Origin: Ruditapes philippinarum
Taxonomy: Eukaryota
Length of the DNA: 64,000 bases
Direction: 5' to 3'
Assembly (NCBI RefSeq): GCF_026571515.1
Contig: NW_026856730.1
Span: 248,001-312,000 of the forward strand
The notes beneath the pieces were generated by a model. The model saw only the letters and a program-made list of their open reading frames with translations, ran no database searches and was not told where the DNA came from. Made by a program: the position numbers and the translations under genes. Of this stretch, positions 52,831-64,000 are shown in pieces; position 1 is the stretch's first letter, and every line of letters begins with the position of its first letter.

Positions 52831-54035
52831 GTGAATGTGATAATTTGTTTTGATGTATTTAAACTAATCTCAGTGCTGTTGCTTTAACATCTGACAGTCT
52901 GTAATATAATGCTTCAAATAAACCAAAATAATTTCTTAAAATAGGAGAGTGCAAGTAGGTAAAATTTAAATAATAATAATAAAGACTTTATTGAAGTTTA
53001 AGTAAAAAAGAGTGATTAATTTTTATTGTGAATTTATATTTGAATATTATCAACCATAATCAATCAGTATTGTCAGTATTGACAAAGATCTATATCCGAA
53101 TGAGTGCAATAGAAATAGTTCGAAATTTTAAAAAGTGCATTATATGTAATGCACTCATCTGCACAGAGATCGAGCGCACTGCCGCCAATGGTTTAAAAAA
53201 GGGGACAGCAAACTGTAGTTCTATATTTTGGCTTTCAATTGATTTGATACCTTATTGCGAAATCTTCACACAGACACAAAAAGGCGTTCTTGTACTCTGA
53301 ATAATAAATAAAGGCTTAACAGAATTCATAATATTAGTTCTGTCAAGTTGAATTCATAACAGAACCTGTAAATAAATAAATCAAATAAACAAATATTACT
53401 TTAGATTCGAAATCCATTGTTCGATGGGAAAAAGGGTACCGATTCAAGTCTTTTGTTTATTTCAAAGTTTCTATGCAACATCATGAACTGCCTATTTAAA
53501 TAATACACATGTTCTGAAAATGGACGAATAAAAGGCTGATTTCTTTGTAATGATGAATCTGATGATATTAAATGTCAATTTTGATATTGACTTAAACTTT
53601 ATGATTTTCATTTTTGATTTATCCTTTATCTTTTTTAAGAAATGTTTAAAGTGAAATAAAAAAAAAAAAAAGAGGGCATACATTCAGGGCGAAGATGAAT
53701 GGAAGTTGAATGTTAAATGTTCAAATAAACATAAATTATATGCTATTTTGTCTCATCTGTAAGAATTATTATCATAGGCCAAGGTTTGGTTAAATGTTTG
53801 GTATACACTCGGAGATTGATTTACATCATGTTCACAAAAAAAAATATACAATTGAACCAGTTTGATTCGAACTCGTCCGGAACAGAAGAAAAGTTCGGAC
53901 ACTTTGTTTTGATAAGGTAGGATTCCAGATTGGAAGAGTTCAGATATGCATGGTTCCCCTGTATATTTATAAGTGGACGGAAATAAAACTATTGTCTACC
54001 ATTTGAACTGGTAATAAAAGGGTGCAAATAATATA

Positions 54036-54246
54036 TGAGCCGCCTCACGACAAAACCAACATAGTGTGTTTGCGGCCAGCATGGATCCAGATCATGATCC
54101 ATGCTGTTCGCTTACCAACCCTATTACAAGTTGAGAAACTGATAGCGAACAGCATGGATCCGGATCAGACTGCGCGGATGCAGAGGCTGGTCTGGATCCA
54201 TGCTGGTCGCAAACGCACTGTGTTGGTTTTGTCGTGACACGGCTCA
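54036..54246. mobile_element. Palindromic MITE with ~56-bp TIRs and TA target duplication
   Basis: TGAGCCGCCTCACGACAAAACCAACATAGTGTGTTTGCGGCCAGCATGGATCCAGA vs reverse complement of the right end (5 mismatches); inner perfect IR GATCCATGCTGTTCGCT / AGCGAACAGCATGGATC; TA on both sides; empty paralogous site near 51432. Confidence 0.9.
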
Positions 54247-57200
54247 TATCATTTTTATGATTCTTCTGCATGACCAAAAGGCAGAAGAACCTGAAAATCA
54301 CAAATATTCATTCACTTTTGTGCTGCTCGATGGTTTTGGGTTGGTCACTGTGCTAGGATTCTTTAAACAGAGAAAGCTATTACAGCTAACAAGAGGTCAG
54401 TGCCTGTAAATGTGCCTAATTGCAACTACCAAAATGCTGAAAAGTCACGATATGACATATTTCTATTTCTAAATGTGCTTTTATAATCGAGAATCTAAAA
54501 ACTTGTTAGCTATTGAGGACATATTGTTTTAAACTGAAGCAAATTTTTCAGCCAAATATGATCACCAGAAACCACTGCGTTTTTTGCTTGGCCTTAGGGA
54601 CACACATTAAAATGGTTAAAGTACTAACCATGCACAGCCATTTAGGATAGACATTTTATTGTCGTTTTTACTTACATGTCCAATAATCTTTCGCAATCAT
54701 TTAAAGAGGAATTGTCAATCATTTCTTCACAATAGATTGTCAGTGTGCGCACAAATTTTTATGTAAGAACTGGGATCTTTGGGAATTTTCATTAGATTTT
54801 TTCTTATATATTAAAGATTTGTAAGGATTTTATTTGCTGTTTGAAATAATTTTCAATAAGTTGGTTTAAAGGAGTTGATTAATATTTGAGTTTATTAAAA
54901 TTGCTTAAAATTTTGATTGTTGGAAGTATATATTTTATGTGTGAAAGAGTCTGTTGGTAGGTTTTATTTAGTGTTGTGACGGGTAGATTTATTTTTCTGT
55001 TAGATAAATTCAGTAAGTGGTATATACATTTTATTTACTATTTTAAAGAATGTTTTTTTGGGTGGTTAAATCTTTTATGAAATTTCACAATTGAAGTTGA
55101 GAATTGGAAATTTCTGCTTTTTTTAAAAAAAAGAGAAAAAGAAAATTTGTACATAAAGCTATAAAGCTTTGCAAGAAAGGGAAGTAACTAATTAATTAAA
55201 GAGGCTAGTTTCTATCAGGGATTGTCTTTCTTTGCATATCTGATTTCTGCTAACTTCTTGTCTATTCAAAGAAATCTTAATTTTCTGCAATTCAAGCCAT
55301 TATTTCAAACACAGGTGTTGAAGATATAAGTACGTGAATTCTTTATTTTTATAATTATTAGCATATTCAAAATGTTTTCGCATAATTGTTCAAAAAATAC
55401 TTATAAAAGCACTGAGCAAAAAAAAGAAAAAATATTTCAAGGAAATCAACCTGGAGAATAATGTATTCTGATTTTAAGAAAAAAGAAATGACATGCAAAT
55501 TATGACTGATTTTGCAGTATTTATCACCATATTTCTACTCTGTGACTAACATAGTAAGGGCTATATTTTGCATTATTTTGACCTTTTTTGGTAACTTTCT
55601 TAAAATTAAGTGCGGTTTACAATTTGTTATTTTCTTTTTAATGGGTCACTTGAGAATGGGTAAAACTTTTTAATATATTAAAAAAAATTTCATGAAAGTT
55701 AGCATAAATCTGGAGGCATAAATGCTGCTTTAAAACTCTCCAGTGAATATATCTACTGTACCTTCCAATTGTCTGTATAAACATCCTGAATTTTTGGTTT
55801 ATGTCTATGATATTAAAAATATTCCATGTTCATACATATGATGTATAATGTAGGTATAAATTTTAGAAATTTGATGTAGATTTCTCTTCCAGACGCCATC
55901 TGTCACATGACTTACCATATTTCTTAATATTGTGAAGTATCGTTATTTTATGATGTAATAAATCAAATAGTTACCTATGTATATCGCAACCCTCCTTGCC
56001 TCCTGGGTTCCTCGTTATTGTCAATGACAATTAAACTCCTGGAAAAAAAATTTAATTTCTGTAATATTGTTAAAATAAATTTTGTAAGGTGTTTTAAAAT
56101 TCAGTTGAAAATAATAGTCTCAATCACTGATTTTATTCTGTATCATGTTTTCGTTTTGATTTTATATAAATTACCTTCTGATGTATAATTCAGGTTTATG
56201 TTTAGTATTATTATAATGTCATTACGCAGCTTTGAAAAAACTCTTAAAGATATACTATGCTCATCTTAAAGTAGAAAGTTAGAATTATTTTATCGCAGAC
56301 ATTTTATTGAAACCTGAAATTATTACAGAGTATGTCTAACACATGAAGACACATTCCCTATTACAAGTAATTCTCAAAAAACAGTTCTTAGAAATTTTTT
56401 ATGTTGAAAAAAAATATTCCAGTAGCCTTTTGAAAACTTAAGACATTCATGAATACATTTTTAAGTAACGATAGTTTAAATTTATGTAAAGTTCTGTCAT
56501 AATAATATTGTGTTGTGTTGTAATTTCAATGGACAAATCATAAACTAATTAATTTAATGTACAGTAAATCTCAATTTTCTAACCTCCCTAACTGGTTTAA
56601 TAATTATATTGCCCTTGTCTTTGTTTCTTATCTTGTACAACCCAAGGTCTACTCCACTCTACTCTCACCTGTCAATTCTTAATTGGACCGACAATTTACT
56701 AAACAGGCGATCCCTGTTTTGAGGCCATTATAATCATACTATTATATAGAAAATGTGTACATCTGTCACATACGAGAAAGTATAGATCTATGGACATCAA
56801 TTAAATAGAAAGTAAGGACAGAAATCATCGGCAATTAATATATATATATAAGCAGCAATGTGTTTATATACGACAGTATTGGTTTTACTGACGATGGCGG
56901 AGTTGTCAATATGTTGATACATACGGTCTCGTTCGTTTCGTCAGCATCACTTGTGATTTCTGTATTGAGTTTTGATCGATGCTGTGATAGTTTCTCAATA
57001 CAATACGATAATTTCTTTAAGTTTTCTTGGTGTTAATAGTGCATTATGATTTTGACTAAGATGGCCGGTGTTCTGTGGATTTGATAATTTATGATGGGAT
57101 TTCTTGTTTAAAAGAAAAGTTTGTGTTTGTGAAATATAGATATTAGTAAAACAGGGTTACTGTGATTGTTTCAGTATATAATGTATGATTAATGGTTAAA

Positions 57201-57471
57201 AAACAGGGTACTTTGGAGACACTGGTAATTGATATGTCCGTGTGTTTGTGTGCAGCTGGTGTGTCATAGTTCTTAGATTATGACACATTTGTGTAATGAA
57301 TAATTACTTTGTCATTTTTGTACATGACTTATTAATAATGGCTTAAGTAATGACTTAGATAGTGCTCAAATTTACTCTTTTTTACTCAGTTTGTAAATCT
57401 ATGCATTTTGAATAACGGAAGAAAGCGGGGGAAAAAACTAAGCAATGAAGAATTGATTGTGACAATTGTCA

Positions 57472-57642
57472 ATGATGAAGTACAGTAAATCGGACGAATT
57501 TAGGCATTCTGATGCAAGTGAGCAACCAAAATGTAATAAACACAAATGTGCACGAGAAACTTGTGATTTGGATAAAAGTTTAGTCACATTGAGACGTGGT
57601 AATCACGACCGTTATTCGGGCATGAGGAGAAGTTTGAGCGAG
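57472..57642 (+). CDS. Candidate first coding exon, 57 codons (MMKYSKSDEFRHSDASEQPKCNKHKCARETCDLDKSLVTLRRGNHDRYSGMRRSLSE), gene unidentified
   Basis: ATG 57472 with upstream in-frame stop, GC/CpG above background, protein-like hydrophilic composition, phase-0 donor GAG|GTACGT followed by a return to AT-rich sequence. Confidence 0.5.
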
Positions 57643-58214
57643 GTACGTCTTTTATGAAAATCACTGAGTAACATGCTTTAAAACAAATCTATGGTCTATG
57701 CAGATTATTATGCATTAAATTTGTTTCCTTTACCGTACCAAAATATGATTTTTCTGAAAAAAAAGAAGTTTTATTTCATTGTATTTAAATCATCAGTTCA
57801 CATTTCATTTGATTGATAAGTTATGTAGGAATGTAATAAGCGCCACATGTTAACTAAAAAATATTAAAAAAATTGTTTGACTTCATTGAAAGATATTTTA
57901 ATATATATATTGCAAATGTACTTGGAAATATTAAATTAAATTTTGGTTTTGTCACAAATATTTTATTTAACATCTTGAAGGAAGGTAGGGAGAAATCATT
58001 TAGTTTCAAGACATATACAATTTAGTCAAATGTTGCATCCTTTTTTCTTCTTCTCTGAAATAGATTAAAACAAATTATTAAACTGGCTTATAGATTATAT
58101 CAATTCATTTTGTAGAATGTAAGAATAAATTTCGTATCAATTTTACGTAACCGTCACTTTTCATAATGTTCCAAGTATCGTTACCTACTCACCCAGCCAC
58201 AAATACAGTACATT

Positions 58215-58730
58215 TTAGGTACAATAGAAGTACCTATAAAGCCCCACAATGTAGTATCAATATGGTATCACTTAAGTACCTGCTTCTAGTGTACTTTATT
58301 TTATGGAGCAAAATTTAACATTCACTCGAACAGGGGGAAGTACACTTAAAGCTCCGTCTAAAATATTTAAATTATGCTTCAAAGATACTTCTTTTAAGAA
58401 AGCATATATAAAGCATCACTCAGGTAGTACCTATACAAGCTCAGCATGATAGGCTCAGGGAAGTACATTTTAAGTATCAATTTAGGAAGTACCTTTAAAG
58501 CTTTACCAGAAGTACAATAGAAGCATCACTTGGAGCCCTTTTAAACATCAGCTTGAAATTAATAATGAAGTACATTTGAAGCACAACATAAAGAAGTACA
58601 TTTAAAGCATGTTCATTTATTGAAGTATATTTAAAGCATCAAACACTATATATCTTAAGAAGTACAATTTAAGCATCAAGTTGAAGTTCATTTAAAGCAT
58701 CATTGAAGAAGTACATTTAAAGCATCATAA
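58215..58730. repeat. Degenerate tandem repeat (GAAGTACATTTAAAGCATCA core)
   Basis: Core recurs about 10 times with variable spacers. Confidence 0.75.
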
Positions 58731-60111
58731 ATTACATATATAAAGTTTTAAAAGGTGAACGGGTATAAATCTATATCTTATGAAATAGTTTAATAACGGA
58801 AAAATAATATTGGTTCCATTTTTATATGATTGATGGTACTGTTAATATAACCCATAATTTACTGAAACAGAATTCAGAATGTAAATATGAAAAATCATGA
58901 CCTGTACTGGTACATAATGTAAAGAAAAGGGCAGATTTAAAATTTCCCCCTCAATAACACTCAGTGAAAAAGATTTAAATTAGGACATATGTAAATTTAT
59001 GAAGAGAAACAAAAACTAAAATTATAAGTGTTAATTTAAGGTAAATTTGAAAAGGCTGTTGTAACAAAATAGTCTAAATAGCCTACCATTATTCCATTGA
59101 ACAATAGTTAATTTCCATTTCCATCTGATTGAAGAACTCATTTAATGTCCCATTATAATTTCATTAAAGTTCACATTATAAAGTTATTTCATCTAAATGA
59201 CACTTTAGGAACATGTTTAACTTAGTCCTAAACATCTTTATAAATTATAAGCACTTCAGAGGTCCAAAGAAACTTCCTGAGTAATATTTGAATTTTCTGA
59301 GAGCCAGATTTGTTCAGGATATTAGATTACATGTTGTAAGCCCCACTTATCTAACACTTTCTTTTATATAAGATAGGCGAGTTTAACACAGGCTATTATG
59401 AAAACAGCAAGGAGAAACTCTTGACCCCTCACTGACCAATTACACATGGTTTATATTATGTTACAATCACTTGTGTTTGTGAGTTAAATTTTACTCAAGT
59501 CTCAAAAGTACATATGAAGTCCCTAGAAATATGCTTTATATTTTCATTTAAGTGTTTAAAGCATCATTGAAGCCCCATTACTGTTCTTATCTATTTATTA
59601 ATGTTTACAAAGTATCAACAAAGTCCCTGGCACTTCCAGCAGAAGTTCCCTGGGCTTCTACTGAAGCAGGTATGTGTTAGGAAGAGTATACTTGAAGTCC
59701 CAGAGGCTTCATTTGAAGTATGGTTGTTGTGTATCATTGAAGTCTGTAGGACTTCAGGTGAAGCAGGTCTTATTATCTGTAAGTATATCTGGAGTACATT
59801 TCAGGTATACTTAAAGCTGGGGGACTTACCTGAAGCATGTGCTTCATTTGTGGCTGGGCATTGACCAATTAGAAATTTGGTTAAGCGTGTACATGTTTTG
59901 TTTATTGATCATTATAATCCTTCCAAATATTCAAACATATGAATGATAAGTATATGGTCAAAATGAATGTTTTCAATATTCTACCAAATTATGTCATCAA
60001 ATAATTGTCGTAAATCTCAGTTTCAGCTGATTCAGATATTCAGGTTAGGTTCAGATATTAAGGTGCCTATTTTTCAGAGCTTATTTAGAGACTTCCATAA
60101 TTCTATTGGTT

Positions 60112-60330
60112 TAAACATTACCCCCAGCCGATGCCATCAGGTTCTACCCACCTGTGTGACAAGTGCAGACAAAGATCAGTCATGCAGTCCATGCCAACTA
60201 GTCACGATCTTAAAAATTCACTGGTAGCTATAATATTCAGTCAGTGCATATTTCAAAATTCCTCCCTAAAATGGTCAATAGTTTTGTCCAGATTCAAAGA
60301 CAGACAAGTCCATTTTAAGATATTAAGGGT
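60112..60330 (-). mobile_element. Old MITE-like repeat, GATGGACAAGTCCATTT family
   Basis: AGTGCAGACAAAGATCAG...TATTCAGTCA...TTTTGTCCAGATTCAAAGACAGACAAGTCCATTTTAAGATAT aligns with 39190-39335. Confidence 0.65.
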
Positions 60331-60979
60331 GGTATTTAGGATTATATAAATATGATGGCAAATTCCCAAGGGGAGGTAAATGTTGTATTGTCAAAGACAT
60401 GCGGTATATTGCCAGAAGGTATATGTGTCTGATTGGAGATTTTAGCATTATTTGGTAATTTCAGAACCTCCCTGGAGACTGGCAATTATACAGGGATAGG
60501 ACGGCATATCTTATCTTCCTAGCATCTCTATCATATACTGGAATTGTGATCTTACAATTTGGGATAAAAGGGTTTTAGTGACAATAATTAGTCTTGATAG
60601 GATAGTCAGTATTTACATTATGTCATACATGGCTTGAATGATTGCTATCTACATATTTGTATTGACTTATTGCTATTTACTTGGTTTATTAGCCCTTACT
60701 CTGGTGAATTTGTATAACAGATTTAATTTGCCTGCTTTGGCTTTTGGCGCTGTCTGAGATAGTTCAGTAAGGCATTTGATCATAGTCACCAGAAGAGTTT
60801 TGACAGACTGTATGGATGTGTACACTGACCAGTGTCTGTACTGACCTGCTCTGTAAATGTCAAATGCTGCAAACCTCTTTAACAGTATGATTTTAGAAGA
60901 TGTTCTTGATACATTCTTGATTAATACCACTTTGTTAAGTTTAAAATCAGTGTCTTGACCCTTGTCATTTCATGGTACT

Positions 60980-61641
60980 AATGCTTAGGCCACAAGGTTG
61001 ATGCTTAGGCCACATTAGGTTGTTGCTCAGTTCACAAGATTGTTGCTTAGGCCACAAGGTTGATGCTCAAACAACAATATTTGTTGCTCAGGCCACAAGG
61101 TTTGTTGCTTATGCCACAAGGTTGATGCTTGGGTCACAAGGTTGATGCCTGGTAGCTAAGGCCACAAGGTTGATGCTTAGGTCACAAGGTTGATGCTTGG
61201 TTGCTAAGGCCACAATGTTGATACTTAGGCAGATTTATGGGGATGCTTAGTCCACAAGGTTGATGCTTAGGCCACAAGGTTGATGCTTAGGTCACATGTT
61301 TGATGCTTAGGTCACAAGGTTGGTGCTTGGTTGCTTAGGCCACAAGGTTGATGCTCAGATCACAAGGTTGATGCTTAAGCAGATTTATGGGGGTGCTTAG
61401 GCCACAAGGTTGATGCTTAGGTCACAAGGTTGATGCTTAGGCCACAAGGTTGATGCTTAGGCCACAAGGTTAATGCTTAGGCCACAAGGTTGATGCTTAA
61501 GCAGATTTATAGGGATGCTTTGGCCACAAGGTTGATGCTTAGGTCACAAGGTTGATGCTTAGGTCACAAGGTTGATGCTTAGGCCACAAGGTTGATGCTT
61601 AGGCAGAGAAGGCGAATGCTTAGGTTTGAGAGGCCACAAGG
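60980..61641. repeat. Minisatellite, 20-bp unit (TTGATGCTTAGGCCACAAGG) with a recurrent variant unit GCAGATTTATGGGGATGCTT
   Basis: Direct inspection; variant near 61229, 61379 and 61501. Confidence 0.95.
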
Positions 61642-61943
61642 CAAACTAGTATTTAGGTTTTTCTATATATGGAAAACGAACCTTGAAGGATATGAAAATT
61701 TTAATAACGCTTACAAAAAACAGTTCATTAACTGACTTGTCGGTTGCTTGAATCAAATACAGTTCTACCCTTTGATACAGCTGACATTTTAAACCAAATA
61801 AAATTAGCTAACAAATGTGCTTTTAGATAACAAACCTAAACAAAATGAAATTGTATGCTGCAAGTTCTGACAAAGCCAACAAAACAAAACACACAGCAGC
61901 AGAATGCCTTTGCTTTATATACATCACAAACAGTTTCGCAGAA

Positions 61944-61980
61944 ACAGGAACTAAAATGGCGAGATCTGTGGGCGGGAAAA
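61944..61980 (+). promoter_or_regulatory. Candidate promoter-type motif cluster (ETS-like, YY1-like, E2F-like)
   Basis: ACAGGAA, AAAATGGCG (61953-61961) and GGCGGGAAAA (61971-61980) within 37 bp. Confidence 0.3.
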
Positions 61981-62296
61981 CTGGACTGGATATTGTATAT
62001 AAATACATTTACTTGATGAATGATTGCTGTGAGTCTGTATGTGCAGGGAGATGATATCATCATTCATTTCAGGCTATATATAAACATAGGCTGACATTTC
62101 CTTTACAATAAGGTTAGAAAGCAGTTACGTATATTTCTACAGCCTGGATGATGTAAAGCCTGGGAAGCCCCCTCAAAATCAGTGACGAAAGCAATTCAAA
62201 GGTTTATGCTTTATACATGTATGTTACTAAAAATATAGGCGTTAAATATAATATTATGTGAAAAAAGTTAAATATATTAGAATAAATGAAGAAATG

Positions 62297-62374
62297 TTGT
62301 CACCTTAGTTCAATAACTGGTTAAATCCTATTAAATTTAGAAGGACTTAACCTGTTACTGCACTAAGGTGACAA
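62297..62374. repeat. Dispersed ~78-bp hairpin, copy 3 of 3
   Basis: TTGTCACCTTAGTTCAATAACTGGTTAAATCCT ... AGGACTTAACCTGTTACTGCACTAAGGTGACAA. Confidence 0.85.
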
Positions 62375-62619
62375 ATTGTTTTACACATTTGTCTGAACAA
62401 GTTTTGCCAAGTAATGCCCTTTTGGAGATTTTGGTTATTGATAAGAGGTGTTGCTTTACAGAAGTTAATTATATTCTTAAGTCTTAATTTAAGTAAAATT
62501 AATGATGTTGATGTAAAGAGGTGATTGGTCTACAGTTGACCACTCAGTTGAGGTTGTACTGAACTATACCTGAGCAACAAAAGTGTCTGCATGGTCGGTG
62601 TGCCACCACTATATGCTTG

Positions 62620-63572
62620 CTGTCAGCCTTTTTGTTGCAGCCTGTTCACTGTAAGTCTATTTGTTGTCAGCCTGCTCACTGCCAGTCTATTTGTTGCCAG
62701 CCTGCTCATTGCCAGTCTATTTGTTGCCAGCCTGCTCATTGCCAGTGTGTTTGTTGCCAGCCTGCTAACTGCCTGTCTGTTTGTCGCCAGCCTGCACACT
62801 GCCAGTTTGTTTGTTGCCAGTCTGCACACTGCCAGTGTGTTTATTGCCATCCAGCTTATTGCCAGTTTGTTTGTTGCCAGCCTGCTAACTGCCTGTCTGT
62901 TTGTCGCCAGCCTGCTAACTGCCTGTCTGTTTGTTGACAGCCTGCTAACTGCCTGTCTGTTTGTTGCCAGTCTGCTCACTGCCAGTTTGTTTGTTGCCAT
63001 CCTGCTCACTGCCAGTTTGTTTGTTGCCAGTCTGCTCACTGCCAGTGTGTTTGTTGCCACCCTGCTAACTGCCTGTCTATTTGTTACCAGCCTGCTCACT
63101 GCCTGTCTATTTGTTGCCAGCCTGCTAACTGCCTGTCTGTTTGTTGCCAGTCTGCACACTGCCTGTCTGTTTGTTGCCAGCCTGCACACTGCCAGTTTGT
63201 TTGTTGCCAGTCTGCACACTGCCAGTGTGTTTGTTGCCATCCAGCTTATTGCCAGTTTGTTTGATGCCAGCCTGCTAACTGCCTGTCTGCTTGTCGCCAG
63301 CCTGCTTACTGCCTGTCTGTTTGTTGCCAGCCTGCTAACTGCCTGTCTTTTTGTCGCCAGCCTGCTCACTGCCTGTCTGTTTGTCGCAAGCCTGCACACT
63401 GCCAGTTTGTTTGTTGCCAGTCTGCTAACTGCCTGTCTGTTTGTTGCCAGCCTGCTAACTGCCTGTCTGTTTGTTGCTAACTGCCTGTCTGTTTGTTGCC
63501 ATCCTGCTCACTGCCAGTTTGTTTGTTGCCAGTCTGCTCACTTCAAGCCAGTATGTTGCCAGCTTGCTAACA
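62620..63572. repeat. Minisatellite, 30-bp unit (TTGTTGCCAGCCTGCTAACTGCCTGTCTGT), ~31 copies
   Basis: Exact 30-bp phase; a block of variant units recurs at 62791 and 63181. Confidence 0.97.
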
Positions 63573-64000
63573 ATTGGCCTTCATGCTCACTGCAGCCTGC
63601 TTGAAGCATGCATTTTTTGCAGTTTGAACAAAGACCACAAGACCAGTCAAGCATTAATTACCTATAGGCCCATCTTCAAAGAAACCTACCCAGTTTATTA
63701 TGTTGAAGTTTAGCATTATACATCATGAACCCCCAATGTTCAGTCAAATTATCCTTTGTTATGTATACAATAACAAATACTGAAATCAGTCAGTTATGAA
63801 GGTCGTGTTTAATTGTTTAATATTGTTTAATATTACGTACAGTGATTTTAGGTACTTCCAAGATTTGTATCTTTAGGTTTATGGAGCACTTTGACCTTTT
63901 TAATTAGTTTAAGTACTTTATTATGTATTCAAGCCATTCAGCTATAGATTTATTACTGTACCCCTATATATTCATCTAAAATAGTGTATTTTGAATTGAT

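Larger units (their letters stand above)
49544..54382 (+). repeat. Tandem segmental duplication: copy 1 49544-52490 (with HINE B2), copy 2 52491-54382 (with palindromic MITE)
   Basis: Colinear near-identity of 50240-51435 with 52820-54035 and of 52366-52492 with 54257-54382; TA microhomology at the junction. Confidence 0.92.

Noticed and set aside
54257-54395. Possible exon MILLHDQKAEE...LLQLTR with GTCAGT donor
   Set aside because: The paralog at 52366 has a frameshift and there is no other coding signal
1633-63572. CRISPR-like arrays among the tandem repeats
   Set aside because: All arrays are head-to-tail with no unique spacers, no cas genes, eukaryotic context
62591-63604. 337-aa ORF (and antisense 258-aa ORF)
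   Set aside because: Translation of a stop-free 30-bp minisatellite, open on both strands, no protein features

Overview
AT-rich eukaryotic (animal) genomic DNA, almost entirely non-coding. It looks like a giant intron or gene desert. The repeat repertoire (Helentron-type non-autonomous elements with ~160-175 bp internal tandem units, tRNA-headed SINEs, short palindromic MITEs) resembles that of bivalve molluscs; this assignment is inference. No complete gene, transposase, rRNA, true tRNA or CRISPR array is present, and nearly all long ORFs in the track are artefacts of minisatellites or repeats. Supported content: (i) a 1,975-bp foldback element (17116-19090) with ~610-bp TIRs, CAC...GTG ends and a 5-bp TSD (CTGAA), i.e. 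a Transib/RAG-like end signature; (ii) seven HINE/DINE-1-like elements in four families, one carrying a ~390-bp foreign segment; (iii) a ~1.9-kb tandem duplication whose two copies received different transposons at nearly the same site; (iv) three dispersed ~78-bp hairpins with one strongly conserved 23-nt arm; (v) several SINEs, one with a 14-bp TSD; (vi) about ten minisatellites; (vii) a few candidate + strand exons ending in phase-0 donors, and a candidate recursive splice site at 14118/14119.
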